64,000 nt of DNA from Nitrospirales bacterium (GTDB lineage: Bacteria > Nitrospirota > Nitrospiria > Nitrospirales > UBA8639). Location: assembly GCA_963555755.3 (NCBI GenBank), contig OY820905.2, positions 800,001 to 864,000 of the forward strand, in the 5' to 3' direction. The notes under the pieces were generated by a model. The model worked only from the letters and a program-made list of their open reading frames with translations. It was not told the origin of the DNA and searched no databases. This document shows, one piece after another, positions 63,262 to 64,000 of the stretch. Both the position numbers and the translations under genes were made by a program. Positions within the stretch are counted from its first letter, which is position 1. Every line of letters begins with the position of its first letter.

Positions 63262-63535
63262 GGGAATGTTGAAAACGCCGCCAGCCTTCGCTAAAGCTAC
63301 GGCTGACAAGCCAGAGCGTTCCTTGCCTGCCGGAGCGGCTTCGCGCAGGCAGGTCGCCATTTTTCCGTGCTCACGTACTATGAGTACGCTCCGCGCTTCA
63401 AAATGGCTGCGGCCTTGCTGGATAGACCCTTCGGAAAGACTCAGGGCATGCTTTTTTGAACATTCCCTCCCATTGCCGATGCGTGGCTCATCTGCAGCTT
63501 TTATTTGCTATTGGAGTGAAATATTCAACAGGCCC
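63262..63535. mobile_element. MITE-C with two extra micro-inserts
   Basis: Matches the 12901 copy plus additional hairpins at about 63284-63310 and 63327-63353. Confidence 0.85.
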
Positions 63536-63573
63536 ATTATCATTGCCGAGTAAACGACACCCACCTTCTCCAC

Positions 63574-63606
63574 AAAAAAAAGGAGAGGCTTTCACCTCTC
63601 CCTTTT
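63574..63606 (-). terminator. Intrinsic terminator after the cold-shock gene
   Basis: GGAGAGG..CCTCTCC hairpin with A/T runs on both sides. Confidence 0.75.
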
Positions 63607-63666
63607 CATATTATCCTTCCAGGGCACATAACCCTTCGCTAGACATTGACTAGCAAAACACTCACC

Positions 63667-63900
63667 TCACCCAGCTGATTGCTCAGCAGCAGCAGTTTTG
63701 ACGACATTAGCAGCTTGCGGTCCCTTCGCCCCTTCAACCATATCAAATTCCACCGACTCCCCTTCCTTCAGGGTCTTAAACCCTTCACCTTGCAAAGCTG
63801 AATAATGGACAAACACATCCTGTTCATCATCGATACGGATAAATCCAAATCCCTTGCGATCGTTAAACCACTTGACCGTTCCGGTTTTACGCTCACTCAC
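63667..63900 (-). CDS. Cold-shock protein (CspA family)
   Basis: [35 protein letters not shown]. Confidence 0.96.
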   Translation of the reverse strand: MSERKTGTVKWFNDRKGFGFIRIDDEQDVFVHYSALQGEGFKTLKEGESVEFDMVEGAKGPQAANVVKTAAAEQSAG

Positions 63901-64000
63901 TGTTTCCTCCTTTTCCCGGACCCTGGAAAATACTTTTCCTCGTGCAATAGGCCCTTAACAAACAAAACCGCAAAAGGACAGTTCGCCCCCTGCGGCATCT

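Overview
Bacterial chromosomal window, probably from a Nitrospirales genome (inferred from gene content and the dispersed repeat families; not verified). The backbone carries ordinary genes: MMPL transporters, msrA, a carbamoyltransferase/SxtJ/SxtK-like trio, tex, a two-component pair, glgB/glgC/treY, an rpoD-type sigma factor, ettA, an RlmL-like methylase, a peroxiredoxin and a cold-shock protein. It is densely overlaid by mobile DNA. Positions 1-8.4 kb hold a group II twintron, IS5, IS1595 and IS256 elements and a ParDE-like toxin-antitoxin pair. ISNCY and IS3 remnants, an ORF-less IIC intron and at least eight MITE/REP-like families (my labels A-H) occur elsewhere, often nested in one another. 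Highlights: (1) an RmInt1-like intron whose predicted EBS1/EBS2 pair with the DNA encoding the YADD active site of another intron's RT, where it is inserted; (2) an ORF-less IIC intron inserted next to a hairpin of a dispersed repeat; (3) MITEs stacked at fixed slots inside other MITEs, up to five in one stack; (4) an apparent A:T->C:G bias in the decay of the transposase and RT genes; (5) a toxin-antitoxin module bracketed by a 436-bp duplication. All calls come from reading the sequence and recalled family motifs; no searches were run.
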